Shown: positions 29,054-39,237 of the stretch, in pieces
Numbering within the stretch: position 1 is the stretch's first letter
How the letters are laid out: each line of letters begins with the position of its first letter
NCBI GenBank assembly: GCA_045128275.1
Contig: JBGVRH010000051.1
Coordinates: 644-64,643, forward strand
DNA: 64,000 nucleotides
Origin: Eubacteriales bacterium
GTDB taxonomy: Bacteria > Bacillota > Clostridia > Oscillospirales > CAG-272
Reading direction: 5' to 3'
The notes under the pieces: generated by a model
What the model saw: the letters and a program-made list of their open reading frames with translations, nothing else
Databases searched by the model: none
Told to the model about the DNA's origin: nothing
Program-made: the position numbers and the translations under genes

Positions 29054-29101
29054 TGATTTTTCGGGAATTTGCGGGAGGAACACGAACAGAAATTCAAACA
29101 C

Positions 29102-29131
29102 AAAAAAGCCCCCGCCGAGGCAGGGGCAAAT
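29102..29131 (-). terminator. Intrinsic terminator after deacetylase gene
   Basis: GCCCCTGCCTCGGCGGGGGC followed by U-run on minus strand. Confidence 0.7.
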
Positions 29132-29140
29132 TATAGGAAA

Positions 29141-29992
29141 TCAGCGGAACTTCTTGGTCTCACCGGGCTCGACCTTGCAGGTCACACCCGCGTACTCGAA
29201 CCACACGGGGATGGCCGTGGGGTTGTGGACAAACTTACCCTCCACCGAGAAGTGCAGGGCGCGGTAGGCCTCCACGTACTCGTAGATCTCCATGTTGGTA
29301 GCGTACCAGATATCCTCATGACCGCCCAGCTTCTCGCAGGCGGACTCGATCAGTTCCCAGTTGTTGTCGGCGTCAAACTCGTAAGCATGCCCCCAGACGT
29401 AGTAGAGCCAAGGGGTATCCCACGGGCCGGGATTTCCGTTCAGGAAGGTATCGGTCAGCTGGGGGAAGCGGGGATCCTTATGGTGGCAGGTGGCGGGCAT
29501 ACGGAGCCAGTCGGTGGGGATGGAGAAGTTGCCCGTGGACACGGTGGTGCGGGCGTAGGCAATGCCGTTATCACGGAGGACGTCCACAGTCATGTCGCTG
29601 AAGGTGCCCATGGGGTAGGCACAGCCGCGGATGAGGCGGTCAAAAAGCTTCTCCAACACCTCCCGGTCCTTGGCCACCTCGTAGTTGGCGATGGGGCGGG
29701 GGATACGGTCGAGGAAGGGGTGGGTGTAGCTGTGGATGGCGATCTCGTGGTTCTTGCCCAGTTCGCCGCCGTAGGTCTCCAGGGCCATCTTGTAGCCCAC
29801 GCGGCGGTGGATGGTGCCCTCGGGCCAGGTGTACTCGGCGGTCTCCAAGGGCTGGCCGTTGAGGTTGAAGGTACCCTTCAGGCCGTGCTTGTTGAAGATC
29901 TCCATGAGGCGGGCATCCTGCTCCACACCGTCGTCGTAGGAGAAGGTGAGGGCCTTGCGCTTGGCGTTGGGGAAAAGCATGTACATCATCAT
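29141..29992 (-). CDS. Polysaccharide deacetylase (CE4) family protein
   Basis: KALTFSYDDG, GTFNLN, HEIAIHSYTHP, YVWGHAYEF. Confidence 0.9.
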   Translation of the reverse strand: MMMYMLFPNAKRKALTFSYDDGVEQDARLMEIFNKHGLKGTFNLNGQPLETAEYTWPEGTIHRRVGYKMALETYGGELGKNHEIAIHSYTHPFLDRIPRPIANYEVAKDREVLEKLFDRLIRGCAYPMGTFSDMTVDVLRDNGIAYARTTVSTGNFSIPTDWLRMPATCHHKDPRFPQLTDTFLNGNPGPWDTPWLYYVWGHAYEFDADNNWELIESACEKLGGHEDIWYATNMEIYEYVEAYRALHFSVEGKFVHNPTAIPVWFEYAGVTCKVEPGETKKFR

Positions 29993-30045
29993 GGTCTTAG
30001 TCTCCTTATCAATATGTTTTTTGGATAACTGATCTTTTTTGTTGG

Positions 30046-31014
30046 TCAAGGGGAGATCTCGTTCCCCTCGGGGTCATAGTAGGTATCGGTCAGCACCTCT
30101 CCGTTTTCACCGTAGGTGATCACACGGCACACGTATTGACCGTATCCGTATTCTTCCACAAAGAAGGTCTCCTCGATCACGGCTCCGTTGAGTTTCTTCA
30201 CCTGATGGTTCGGTTCCCTCCACTCGTCATAGGTATATTCCCACGTGTAGTGCCGCTCGGGATCACCGTTTTCATCGTAGAAGATCTCGTAATCCCAATA
30301 CCACGCGACGCTCGGGCTTAGGAAGCACAGATACTCGTATACGCGTAGGTCATCCGCGTAGTGAACCTGCCCGAGAAGCCTCCCCATGGCGTCATAGGTG
30401 TTCACGAACCGCTCGGTCTTGGTCAGCTTGCCTTCGGCATCGTAATAGAAAATGTAGTCCTTATGGTCAAATTTGTACAGGGAAACCGTCCGACCGCCGT
30501 CCTCTTCGTAGGAGATACACTCCCGATAGGTATGCTCGGGATCCACCTCGGGTTTGACGGCACGGTTCTCCTCATAGATCAGCACGTCGTTTTCATACAC
30601 GAGCGTGTGCTTGGGCTCCATGTCACCGGGGTTTTCGTACTCATACGCATAGCGGGTCACCTTGACGGCGTTCCCCTCGGCATCGTATTCGGTCTCCAGG
30701 GTCAGGAGCCATCTATGGTCGGGATCATACTCACGGACGGTATAGCCCCCGTTTTCCAGCTTACCGTACAAGCCGCAGTCGCAGTAGCGAAATTCCTCCT
30801 CGACAAAGACGTGTTCATGGGGTCGGGACTCGGCGGGATCTCCACGGTCATGAGTGCCGTCCGAGAGATCCCCCCAGTCCTCAAAGGGCTTCTCCAGAAG
30901 CACCCCGATGGCATCCGCCAGGGAAAAACCCGAGTGGATCAGTAAAGCGAGTCCCCCCGCAAGGAGGAGGGCGGCGCACAGACATAAAAGCGGGATGAGT
31001 ATCCGTTTTTTCAT
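30046..31014 (-). CDS. Secreted/membrane-anchored protein with YD-like beta repeats
   Basis: N-terminal hydrophobic segment; repeated EYDAEGN/YYDAEGK/YDENGD/YYDPEGN. Confidence 0.7.
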   Translation of the reverse strand: MKKRILIPLLCLCAALLLAGGLALLIHSGFSLADAIGVLLEKPFEDWGDLSDGTHDRGDPAESRPHEHVFVEEEFRYCDCGLYGKLENGGYTVREYDPDHRWLLTLETEYDAEGNAVKVTRYAYEYENPGDMEPKHTLVYENDVLIYEENRAVKPEVDPEHTYRECISYEEDGGRTVSLYKFDHKDYIFYYDAEGKLTKTERFVNTYDAMGRLLGQVHYADDLRVYEYLCFLSPSVAWYWDYEIFYDENGDPERHYTWEYTYDEWREPNHQVKKLNGAVIEETFFVEEYGYGQYVCRVITYGENGEVLTDTYYDPEGNEISP

Positions 31015-31101
31015 AGTCGTTTCCCATTTCTGTATTTCGGTTTTGCGCAAAACGCGCCCCTTGTCACCCAAGAGACGCGTTTTTCAATTATCAAAGATAT
31101 A

Positions 31102-31172
31102 TTTAAAAGTTTTGGGGATTCATAAGGGACTTTTTCAAAAGTCCCTTATGCGGGGGTCAGGGGCAGAGCCCC
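31102..31172. repeat. REP-like palindromic element (family A variant)
   Basis: CATAAGGGACTTTT-TC-AAAAGTCCCTTATG stem plus GGGGCAGAGCCCC; reverse complement shares the GAATCnCCnAAAACTTT tail. Confidence 0.7.
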
Positions 31173-31182
31173 TCGTTCTCCA

Positions 31183-33837
31183 TTAACCCAACTTAGCCAG
31201 AGCAGCCTTGGTCGCGCCCAGCTTCTCCTGTGCGGCGGCCAGCTTAGCCTTCTCGGCATCCACAACGGCGGCGGGAGCCTTGGCCACGAAGCCTGCGTTG
31301 CCCAGCTTGCCCTCCAGACGCTTGACCTCGCCCTCCAGCTTGGTGATCTCGGAGGCAAGGCGAGCCTTCTCCTTCTCGAAGTCGATCAGATCGGCCAGAG
31401 GCAGGTAGGCGGTGGCGGAGGGAGTGATGACCTGTACGGCGGTGTCGGCGGAAACCACAGACTCGTCGAACTTCTCGGCCACGGTCATGTCGGCGGCAGA
31501 GGCCAGACGGGCGAAGAAGGGAGCGGTGCCGGCGTGGAAGGTGTCCACGTACTTGGTCTCGATGAACAGAGCGGCCTTGCGAGAGGGAGCAATGTTCATC
31601 TCGGAGCGGCGGTTACGGATGGCGCGGATCAGCTCAATGATACGCTCCATCTCGGCGGCCTCGGCGGCAAAGGACAGAGCCTCGTTGTAGGTGGGGTAGG
31701 TGGAGATCATGATGCTCTCGGCATCCCCCGCGAGGGTGGGCAGGGAGGCGAAGATCTCCTCGGTGATGAAGGGCATGAAGGGATGCAGGAGCTTCAGAAT
31801 GCCGTTCAGCACGTAGGAAATGACGTTCTGGCAGACCAGGTTCTGCTCAGTGTCCTTCTCATTCAGACGGGACTTGGCCAGCTCGATGTACCAGTCGCAG
31901 AAGATGTCCCAGGTGAAGTCATACAGCGCGCCCAGAGCCACGCCCAGCTCGTACTTGTCCAGGTTGGCATTGACGCGGGCGGCCAGCTCGTTGAAGCCGT
32001 TGAGGAGCCACTTGTCCTCGGGGGAGAGCTTGTCGGCCTCGGGCAGGTGGATCTCGTCGATGGTAAGGTTCATGCGCACGAAGCGGGAGGCGTTCCACAG
32101 CTTGTTGGCGAAGTTACGGGCGGCCTCGATCTTCTCGTCGGAGAAGCGCATATCGTTTCCGGGGGAGTTACCCGTAGCCAGCGCGAAGCGGAGAGCATCC
32201 GCGCCGTAGTTGGCGATGATCTCCAGAGGATCGATGCCGTTGCCCAGGGACTTGGACATCTTACGGCCCTGTGCGTCGCGCACCAGACCGTGGATGAGGA
32301 CGGTATCGAAGGGCACCTCACCCGTGTACTCCAGGGCAGAGAAGATCATACGGGAGACCCAGAAGGTGATGATATCGTAGCCGGTAACCAGGGTGTTGGT
32401 GGGGTAGAAGTAAGCCAGATCCTCGGTCTCCTCGGGCCAGCCCAGAGTGGAGAAGGGCCAGAGGGCGGAGGAGAACCAGGTGTCCAGGGTGTCGGGATCC
32501 CGGGTCACGGTGCCGCCGCACTTGGGGCAGGCGGTGCAGCCGTCGGGAGCCACCTCCACGTGGCCGCAGGCGTCGCAGTAGTAGGCGGGAATGCGGTGGC
32601 CCCACCAGAGCTGACGGGAGATACACCAATCCTGGCTGTTCTCCATCCAGTGGAAGTAGTTCTTATCAAAGCGCTCGGGGACGAAGCGGGTCTTGCCCTC
32701 GCGGACGGCATCAATGGCGGGCTTGGCCAGAGGCTCCATGCGGACGAACCACTGGAGGGAGATCATGGGCTCGATGGTGGTGCCGCAACGGTAGCAGGTG
32801 CCCACCTCGTGCTTCAGATCCTCGATCTCGGCCAGGAAACCGCCCTCGCGCAGGTCGTTGACGATGGCCTTACGAGCCTCGTAGCGATCCATACCGGCGT
32901 ACTTGGGGTAGTTGTCGGTGATCTTGGCGCGGTTGGTCAGCACCACCTCCATGGGCAGGTGGCAACGGCGGCCCACCTCGAAGTCGTTGGGGTCGTGGGC
33001 GGGGGTGATCTTCACGCAGCCCGTACCCTTATCCAGCTGGGCGTGCTCGTCGGCCACGATGGGAATGCGGCGGCCCACCAGAGGCAGGACAACGTACTTA
33101 CCGATCAGATCCTTGTAGCGCTCGTCGGCGGGGTTGACGGCCACGGCGGTATCGCCCAGCAGGGTCTCGGGACGGGTGGTAGCCACCTCCACGTATCCGC
33201 CGCCGCCCACCAGGGGGTAACGGATGTGCCAGAAATGACCGTTCTGCTCCTCATAGTCCACCTCGGCGTTGGAGATGGAGGTCTCGCAGTGGGGGCACCA
33301 GTTGATGATGCGCTCGCCGCGGTAGATCAGACCCTTCTCGTAGAGGCGGCCAAAGACCTTGCGGACGGCCTTGGAGCAGCCCTCGTCCAGGGTGAAGCGC
33401 TCACGGCTCCAGTCGCAGGAGGAGCCCATCTTCTTCAGCTGGGAAATGATGCGGTTGCCGTACTGCTCCTTCCACTTCCAGGCGCGCTCCAAAAACTTCT
33501 CACGGCCGAGGTCTTCCTTAGTCAGACCTTCCTTGCGCATAGCCTCCACGATCTTGGCCTCGGTGGCGATGGAGGCGTGGTCGGTGCCGGGGAGCCACAG
33601 GGTGGCGTAGCCCGACATACGCTTGTAGCGGATCAGGATATCCTGGAGGGTGTTGTCCAGGGCGTGACCCATGTGGAGCTGGCCCGTAATGTTGGGCGGA
33701 GGGATGACGATGGTGTAGGGCTTCTTGTCGGGATCGCGGTGGGCGGTGAAATAGCCCTTATCCACCCAATTCTGGTAGATCCTGTCCTCAAATTCGGACG
33801 GGGCGTATGTCTTGGGAAGCTCGGTGTTGGGATTCAT
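31183..33837 (-). CDS. valS: Valyl-tRNA synthetase
   Basis: PPPNITGQLHMGH, DWCISRQLWWGHRIP, KMSKS, C-terminal coiled coil. Confidence 0.99.
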   Translation of the reverse strand: MNPNTELPKTYAPSEFEDRIYQNWVDKGYFTAHRDPDKKPYTIVIPPPNITGQLHMGHALDNTLQDILIRYKRMSGYATLWLPGTDHASIATEAKIVEAMRKEGLTKEDLGREKFLERAWKWKEQYGNRIISQLKKMGSSCDWSRERFTLDEGCSKAVRKVFGRLYEKGLIYRGERIINWCPHCETSISNAEVDYEEQNGHFWHIRYPLVGGGGYVEVATTRPETLLGDTAVAVNPADERYKDLIGKYVVLPLVGRRIPIVADEHAQLDKGTGCVKITPAHDPNDFEVGRRCHLPMEVVLTNRAKITDNYPKYAGMDRYEARKAIVNDLREGGFLAEIEDLKHEVGTCYRCGTTIEPMISLQWFVRMEPLAKPAIDAVREGKTRFVPERFDKNYFHWMENSQDWCISRQLWWGHRIPAYYCDACGHVEVAPDGCTACPKCGGTVTRDPDTLDTWFSSALWPFSTLGWPEETEDLAYFYPTNTLVTGYDIITFWVSRMIFSALEYTGEVPFDTVLIHGLVRDAQGRKMSKSLGNGIDPLEIIANYGADALRFALATGNSPGNDMRFSDEKIEAARNFANKLWNASRFVRMNLTIDEIHLPEADKLSPEDKWLLNGFNELAARVNANLDKYELGVALGALYDFTWDIFCDWYIELAKSRLNEKDTEQNLVCQNVISYVLNGILKLLHPFMPFITEEIFASLPTLAGDAESIMISTYPTYNEALSFAAEAAEMERIIELIRAIRNRRSEMNIAPSRKAALFIETKYVDTFHAGTAPFFARLASAADMTVAEKFDESVVSADTAVQVITPSATAYLPLADLIDFEKEKARLASEITKLEGEVKRLEGKLGNAGFVAKAPAAVVDAEKAKLAAAQEKLGATKAALAKLG

Positions 33838-33890
33838 GGGAATCTCCTTTCTATTTGGTGAGGTAATAATATAATCAGAATCAATGGAAT

Positions 33891-34220
33891 TTATCGTTTG
33901 CGTGTGGTGATCATCGCGACAATCGATGCGATAAATACCGTAATATCCACGATATACACATAAAAAACCGGTGTGCCAACGGTGCCGATCAAAAATTCTC
34001 CGAAGGTTTTCCCCTCGCTTGTGGAATTGCCGTTTTCGGTTTGGTTCAGGATTGCATCTCCCAATTCAGATGCTACGTTTCCCAATACCCACATGAAAAC
34101 CGTAAACAAACCCAGCAGGATCAAAACTGTTAAAGAGAACGCAAATATACATATCCATACAGAACGCATCATATGATTTTTCCTATCAAACATAATCAGA
34201 TATAGTGATTCGTTTCGCAT
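33891..34220 (-). CDS. AT-rich two-TM hypothetical protein
   Basis: 109-aa ORF with two hydrophobic helices; strongly lower GC; start uncertain. Confidence 0.6.
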   Translation of the reverse strand: MRNESLYLIMFDRKNHMMRSVWICIFAFSLTVLILLGLFTVFMWVLGNVASELGDAILNQTENGNSTSEGKTFGEFLIGTVGTPVFYVYIVDITVFIASIVAMITTRKR

Positions 34221-34490
34221 TTAAGCATAGCTGTTTGACAGAGCAGATCAAAATCGGGAAGGGTGACCCTCATCCGTCAGCTTCGCTGACACCTTCCCCC
34301 AGGGGAAGGCAAGCACGAGGTATGTTTTCCGTTTTCCGCACCAGAAAACATACGGATACCAAAAAGTTTTTAAGCCGACGCGAAACGCAAAACCCTTGCC
34401 TTCCCCTGGGGGAAGGTGGCACGGCGTAGCCGTGACGGATGAGGGTCACCCGAAAAATTGGCATTCTGTTCCGTCAAACAGCTCGTTAAA
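34221..34490. repeat. Inverted-repeat element enclosing a REP-like doublet
   Basis: Ends AGCTGTTTGACAGAGCAGA / TCTGTTCCGTCAAACAGCT; inner inverted pair GGGTGACCCTCATCCGTCA..CACCTTCCCCCAGGGGAAGGCAAG. Confidence 0.8.
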
Positions 34491-34507
34491 GCACGATCCA
34501 CCTCTGT

Positions 34508-34752
34508 TAAAACAAAAAAGTCCTTTCGTTCCATATCAGGACGAAAAGACGCGGTACCACCTGATTTCGTCTGATCCGCATGGGAAAAGACGCACTCAAC
34601 GAGCGATAACGGGCTCAAACGGGGAAACTAACGGAAGCACCTCCGCTTCATCTCCGCAGGCTCACGGGCGACCCGCTCTCTGCCTCACAAGGACTCGCAC
34701 CAACCGTCCTCTCTCTGGGCAAGGCTTCAAAAGCTCCTCCCGGTCATAGCCG
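34508..34752 (-). ncRNA. T-box riboswitch (Val) of valS
   Basis: Minus strand: AGAGA..GGTTGGTGCGAG stem I motifs, candidate GTC specifier, T-box CAGGTGGTACCGCG, then terminator GTCTTTTCGTCC..GGAACGAAAGGAC-TTTTTT. Confidence 0.88.
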
Positions 34753-34870
34753 AAACATATGAAAAGTACCCCTTGCGCGGGGCACGGGATCGCGGTTGAG
34801 ATCCACACCGACACGCAGGGGGCTTACCTCTCTGCGTGTCGATTGTATCTCACGGTCTTACAAGAAAGAC

Positions 34871-35152
34871 TTAGTCGGCGTAAACGCTGACCTGCTTCTT
34901 GCTCTTGGTGGCGTGCTCGAACTTGACGCGACCGTCGATCAGAGCGTACAGGGTATCGTCAGAACCGATGCCGACGTTGTTGCCGGGACGGATTGCGGTA
35001 CCTCTCTGACGGACGATGATATTGCCGGCAAGAACTGCCTGGCCGTCAGCCTTCTTCACACCCAGTCTCTTGGACTCGGAATCACGGCCGTTCTTGGTAG
35101 AACCGACACCCTTCTTATGAGCAAAAAACTGCAAACTGAGCTTCAACATCAT
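34871..35152 (-). CDS. rpmA: 50S ribosomal protein L27 with Prp-cleaved N-terminal extension
   Basis: [10 protein letters not shown]|[15 protein letters not shown]. Confidence 0.98.
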   Translation of the reverse strand: MMLKLSLQFFAHKKGVGSTKNGRDSESKRLGVKKADGQAVLAGNIIVRQRGTAIRPGNNVGIGSDDTLYALIDGRVKFEHATKSKKQVSVYAD

Positions 35153-35219
35153 GAATTACCTCCATTTTTCAGTAAATAGGTGGGTTGGCGAATGAATGGT
35201 TTGAGAAGTGAAACGGATC

Positions 35220-35582
35220 TCACGCTCCGTAGTGGCGGTTGACCACCTTCACGTCCAGGTAGTCTCCGTACTCCTCCAGCATATCGGTGAGCTGCTGGTA
35301 GTAGCCGAGGAAGATACCCGACACGGCGTACCGCTTCATATCGTCCTCCTCGAACTCGGGAAGGGCGGACTTGCAGGTAACGCGGATGGTGGTGGTGCCG
35401 TCATCGATCTCGTAATCGATGGAGGATGAGAAGGCAACCTCAACGGTGTTGATGAGGAACATGGTCATAGCCGAGATAGCCGAGCAGAGGATATCGTCCC
35501 CTTCCTCGCCGTAGCCCGTGTGGCCCTGCTCTTCAAAGCCGTAGAAAATGCCGTCGCTTCGGAAAAATACGATCTTGGTCAT
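35220..35582 (-). CDS. prp: Ribosomal-processing cysteine protease Prp
   Basis: GHTGYGEEGDDILCSAIS; between rplU and rpmA. Confidence 0.92.
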   Translation of the reverse strand: MTKIVFFRSDGIFYGFEEQGHTGYGEEGDDILCSAISAMTMFLINTVEVAFSSSIDYEIDDGTTTIRVTCKSALPEFEEDDMKRYAVSGIFLGYYQQLTDMLEEYGDYLDVKVVNRHYGA

Positions 35583-35621
35583 AGGAAATCTCCTTTCGGG
35601 CACCTATGGGATCGGAGGGGA

Positions 35622-35930
35622 TTAGCCCTCGATCTTGACGATCTGCACCTTGGTGAAGGGCTGACGGTGACCGATCTTCTTCTTCTCGTTCTTCTTAGCC
35701 TTGTACTTCAGAACGTAGATCTTCTTACCCTTACCGTTCTTCAGTACCTTGCCGGTGACGGTAGCACCCTCGACAACGGGGGTACCGACCTTGAAGCCTG
35801 CGTCGGTGGACAGAGCGGCTACGGGGAAGGTAACCTCTGCGCCCTCTTCAACGTCCAGCTTCTCGACAAAAATGATGTCCTGCTCGACGACCTTGTACTG
35901 CTTTCCGCCTGTAGTAATAACAGCAAACAT
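35622..35930 (-). CDS. rplU: 50S ribosomal protein L21
   Basis: MFAVITTGGKQYKV..GHRQPFT. Confidence 0.98.
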   Translation of the reverse strand: MFAVITTGGKQYKVVEQDIIFVEKLDVEEGAEVTFPVAALSTDAGFKVGTPVVEGATVTGKVLKNGKGKKIYVLKYKAKKNEKKKIGHRQPFTKVQIVKIEG

Positions 35931-35944
35931 GGAAAAGCACCTCT

Positions 35945-36013
35945 TTTCTTAAGACTCGCTATGGGGGCGTTGCGCCTATTTGGACGCACGCTTAAAAAGC
36001 CCCTTTTAAGCGG
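35945..36013 (-). promoter_or_regulatory. L21 leader-like structured 5' UTR
   Basis: Hairpins GCTTAAAAGGGGCTTTTTAAGC and GCGTCCAAATAGGCGC behind a TTGACA-17-TATAAT promoter (36020-36048). Confidence 0.55.
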
Positions 36014-36141
36014 CAAATTATTATAACATAATTTCCCCTTGATGTCAATAGTTTTTCGAGTTTTTTCTTTGTGACAATATACAAAAAAGCATCCCGCAAG
36101 GCGCAAAACCTTGCGGGATGTGTGCAGAATATCAAAGAGGA

Positions 36142-37599
36142 TCAATCCTCGGCGAACATCCTGTTGAGCTGACGCTCGGCGGCCTTCTGGTTCTGCTTGT
36201 AGTAGGTCGCGTAAGCGGGCTTACCCTCGACGGAAACGTGGTGAGGGATCGCGTACAGCAGGCAGTCCATCTGGTTGGAGGAGGAGGAGAAGACCAGACC
36301 CATGTCGGAGACCTGACCAGCCCAGACAAGGTTCAGCATCTCAACGTCCTCGGGAGCATCGGCCACCTTGGAGCCCAGCAGGGTCTCGTAGAAGGCGGTG
36401 TTGACGGGCTCGGAGTACCAAGCCAGCATCTCGATGACGTCGCCGACCATATCGTCGTTCTGCACAGTGGTGGGGATACCCAGAACGCCGTTCCAGCTCA
36501 GGGTCTTATAGCTATCCTGATTGGAATCCCACAGAGGATAGGGCAGAACGCCGACCTTGACGTCCTCTTCCTTGGTGGCGACCAGGGAGTAGTTATTGAC
36601 GATTTCGAACATAACGCGGCCGGACTTCAGGTTGAGCTGAGGCTTGCCGTCGAAGGGAGACCAGGTGTAGGTAGACTCAGCCTTCATGAAGTCGTAGATC
36701 ATCTCGTCCAGCTTGACGATCTTATCGGCGTTGTCCACCATGGGGGAGATATAGAACTCGCCGTCGGAATTCTCTTTCACGATCGGGATGTTGGAGGCGT
36801 GCTGGAAGGAGACCAGGGGCACCCATGCATGGCAGGCGAAGCCGTAGGTATCCTGATCGTCCCACTTACCGTCACCGTTGTCACGGCTGACCAGACCGGT
36901 GAACTCAATGAGCTTCTCCAGGGTCCAGGTCTTGTTGCGGACGTGATCGTACAGGCTGCCGATGGAGTTGCTGTACTCGGCGACCATGGCCTTGTTGAAG
37001 CCGATCATGTAGCAGTTAGCCAGGCAGAAGTCGTTGTAACCGCAGTACATCTTGTCGTTGATGGACAGATCCTCCATCAGGCCGTAGTTCCAGTAATCGG
37101 CATCCAGCTGCAGGCTCTCAAAGTCCTGGAAGTCGCGGAGGTAGTTACTGGTGATGAGGTTGGCGACCTCCATGTACACGTGAGTCATGACCATCTGGTA
37201 AGAGTCGTCACCGGCGGAGATGGCGTTCTTCAGAGGAGTGGTATACGCCTGGAAGTTACCGCCGTTCTCGGCGATGATGTCCACGCCCAGATACTCTTCC
37301 ACGTTGAGGGCGCGCTCATAGACCTTATCGTCCATGTCGTTACCGGGCTTGCGCTCATCCTCTTCGATGAAGAAGTAGCCGGGGTTAAAGGTATCGGCGC
37401 AGTAGATCGCGACGAATTCTGCATCCTCGTAGTCCTTCTTGGCTACGGCGGGCTGCTTTTCGGTATCACCCTCGGTGACAGCGCCACCAACGGTGGTGTC
37501 CTCGGTTCCCCCCTGGGTATCGCCACAGGCTGCCAGCATGGGCAGAACCATCAGCGCGGCCAGAAGAAGAGCCAGAATCTTGATCGTGACTGATTTCAT
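36142..37599 (-). CDS. Extracellular solute-binding lipoprotein (carbohydrate-type)
   Basis: Lipobox LAAC; WTLEKL..DNGDGKWDDQDTYG, GVLPYPLWD; no permease adjacent. Confidence 0.8.
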   Translation of the reverse strand: MKSVTIKILALLLAALMVLPMLAACGDTQGGTEDTTVGGAVTEGDTEKQPAVAKKDYEDAEFVAIYCADTFNPGYFFIEEDERKPGNDMDDKVYERALNVEEYLGVDIIAENGGNFQAYTTPLKNAISAGDDSYQMVMTHVYMEVANLITSNYLRDFQDFESLQLDADYWNYGLMEDLSINDKMYCGYNDFCLANCYMIGFNKAMVAEYSNSIGSLYDHVRNKTWTLEKLIEFTGLVSRDNGDGKWDDQDTYGFACHAWVPLVSFQHASNIPIVKENSDGEFYISPMVDNADKIVKLDEMIYDFMKAESTYTWSPFDGKPQLNLKSGRVMFEIVNNYSLVATKEEDVKVGVLPYPLWDSNQDSYKTLSWNGVLGIPTTVQNDDMVGDVIEMLAWYSEPVNTAFYETLLGSKVADAPEDVEMLNLVWAGQVSDMGLVFSSSSNQMDCLLYAIPHHVSVEGKPAYATYYKQNQKAAERQLNRMFAED

Positions 37600-37729
37600 T
37601 ATATCAGCCTCCCTTCGTAAAGTTAATATTATCATACCACACTTTCCCGAAAAATGCAAGAGGATATGAAATTTATTTACAAGTTGCGCCGTGATATTCC
37701 CATCATTTTTTCCGATCTCTTCATTTCCC

Positions 37730-37758
37730 TTGACATCCCCCGCCAAATATGCTATACT
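37730..37758 (+). promoter_or_regulatory. Sigma-A promoter of GH20 operon
   Basis: TTGACA-17bp-TATACT. Confidence 0.7.
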
Positions 37759-37791
37759 GAATCCATCCTATAAACAGAAAGGAAGAGAATC

Positions 37792-39237
37792 ATGCTCCGA
37801 CTCATTCCCGCCCCTGCCCATACCACCATGGCCGATACCCTTGTAGCTATCAAACCCGTATATACCGCCGAAGAGTTCTTCGCCGACGCCGCACAGACCC
37901 TGGCCGACTACGCCCGCCGCACCCACGGCATCACCCTGACCGAGGGAGAGGGCGGCATCGTCTTCACCGTCGATCCTTCCCTGCCCACCGAAGCCTACAC
38001 CCTGACCGTCACCGAGAGCGGTGCCACCGTCAAGGCCTCGGATATCCTCGGCGCCCAGAATGCCGCCGTGACCCTCATCCAGCTCATGGAGAAGGCCGAG
38101 GACGGTCTGACCCTGCCCGTGGGTGTGATCGAGGATGCCCCCAAGTGTACCTGGCGCACCGTCATGATCGACCTGGCCCGGGACTGGCACGAGCTGCACG
38201 TCCTCTACGAGTACGTGGATATGTGCCGCTTCTACAAGGTCAAGTACCTCCACCTCCACTTCACCGATGACCAGAGCTATACCCTGCCCTCGAAGGCATT
38301 CCCCAAGCTCCCCACCGAGGGTCGCCACTACACCGAGGCCGAGATCAAGGGTCTGATCGCCTATGCCAAGTCCCGCGGGGTGGAGCTGATCCCCGAAATC
38401 GACGTGCCCGGCCACACCACCTCCTTCGCCGCCGCGTACGGCGAGATCTTCGGCACCGACGGCATCATCTGCCTCTCCGAGGAGTCCATGGCGGGAATGG
38501 CTACCCTGTTCCGTGAGCTGTGCGAGCTGTTCGCCGACTCCGAGTACATCCACCTGGGCGGCGACGAGGCGGCTATCGCCAAGTGGATCACCTGCGATAA
38601 GTGCCTGGCCGCCTTTAAAAACCGCGGTGTGGACGTGGATACCTACCTCGCCACCGAGGAGGGCAAAAAGGAACTGACCGAGCTGATGTACGCCACCTTT
38701 ATCAAGGATATCTGCGAGGTCATCCTCTCCTGCGGCAAAACCCCCGTGGTCTGGGAGGGCTTCCACAAGAGCATGAACCACCTCATCCCCCGTCAGTCGG
38801 TGATCGTGAGCTGGGAGAACTTCTACCAGACCACCCCCGAGCTTCTGGAGGCAGGCTTCCGCGTGGTCAACGGCGCATGGAAGCCCATGTACGTGGTGAC
38901 CCCCGTGGTCTACTGGTCCCCCGAGGAGGTCTACAACTGGGACGTCTACACCTGGGGCGCGGTGCATCCCGGCTCTCCCTACAACCAGAATCCTCTGCAC
39001 ATCGACCCCACCATGCAGGTGGAAGGCGGTCAGCTCCTGGCCTGGGGCGACCAGATCGTGGTCAAGTACCCCGTGGTAGCCGAGGGTGTCCGCGAGGAGC
39101 AGAGACTCATCGAGGAACGCACCCCCTGCCTGTCCGAGAACGTGTGGAACCGCGTCAAGCCTACGGATTGGGCAGAGTTCAGCGGCAGAGCCGCACAGGT
39201 GGCGGAGCTGTACGAGGCGTTCAGGAGCAATAAGTAA
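37792..39237 (+). CDS. GH20 beta-N-acetylhexosaminidase
   Basis: WRTVMIDLAR, LHLHFTDDQ, IPEIDVPGH, catalytic HLGGDE. Confidence 0.93.
   Translation: MLRLIPAPAHTTMADTLVAIKPVYTAEEFFADAAQTLADYARRTHGITLTEGEGGIVFTVDPSLPTEAYTLTVTESGATVKASDILGAQNAAVTLIQLMEKAEDGLTLPVGVIEDAPKCTWRTVMIDLARDWHELHVLYEYVDMCRFYKVKYLHLHFTDDQSYTLPSKAFPKLPTEGRHYTEAEIKGLIAYAKSRGVELIPEIDVPGHTTSFAAAYGEIFGTDGIICLSEESMAGMATLFRELCELFADSEYIHLGGDEAAIAKWITCDKCLAAFKNRGVDVDTYLATEEGKKELTELMYATFIKDICEVILSCGKTPVVWEGFHKSMNHLIPRQSVIVSWENFYQTTPELLEAGFRVVNGAWKPMYVVTPVVYWSPEEVYNWDVYTWGAVHPGSPYNQNPLHIDPTMQVEGGQLLAWGDQIVVKYPVVAEGVREEQRLIEERTPCLSENVWNRVKPTDWAEFSGRAAQVAELYEAFRSNK

Noticed and set aside
29083-29096. Possible LexA box (CGAACAGAAATTCA) upstream of the Shango-like operon
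   Set aside because: Several mismatches to GAAC-N4-GTTC consensus context and it lies about 30 bp upstream of the -35.
30046-31014. Possible RHS/YD polymorphic toxin
   Set aside because: Only short YD-like repeats; no RHS core signature, toxin tip or adjacent immunity gene.
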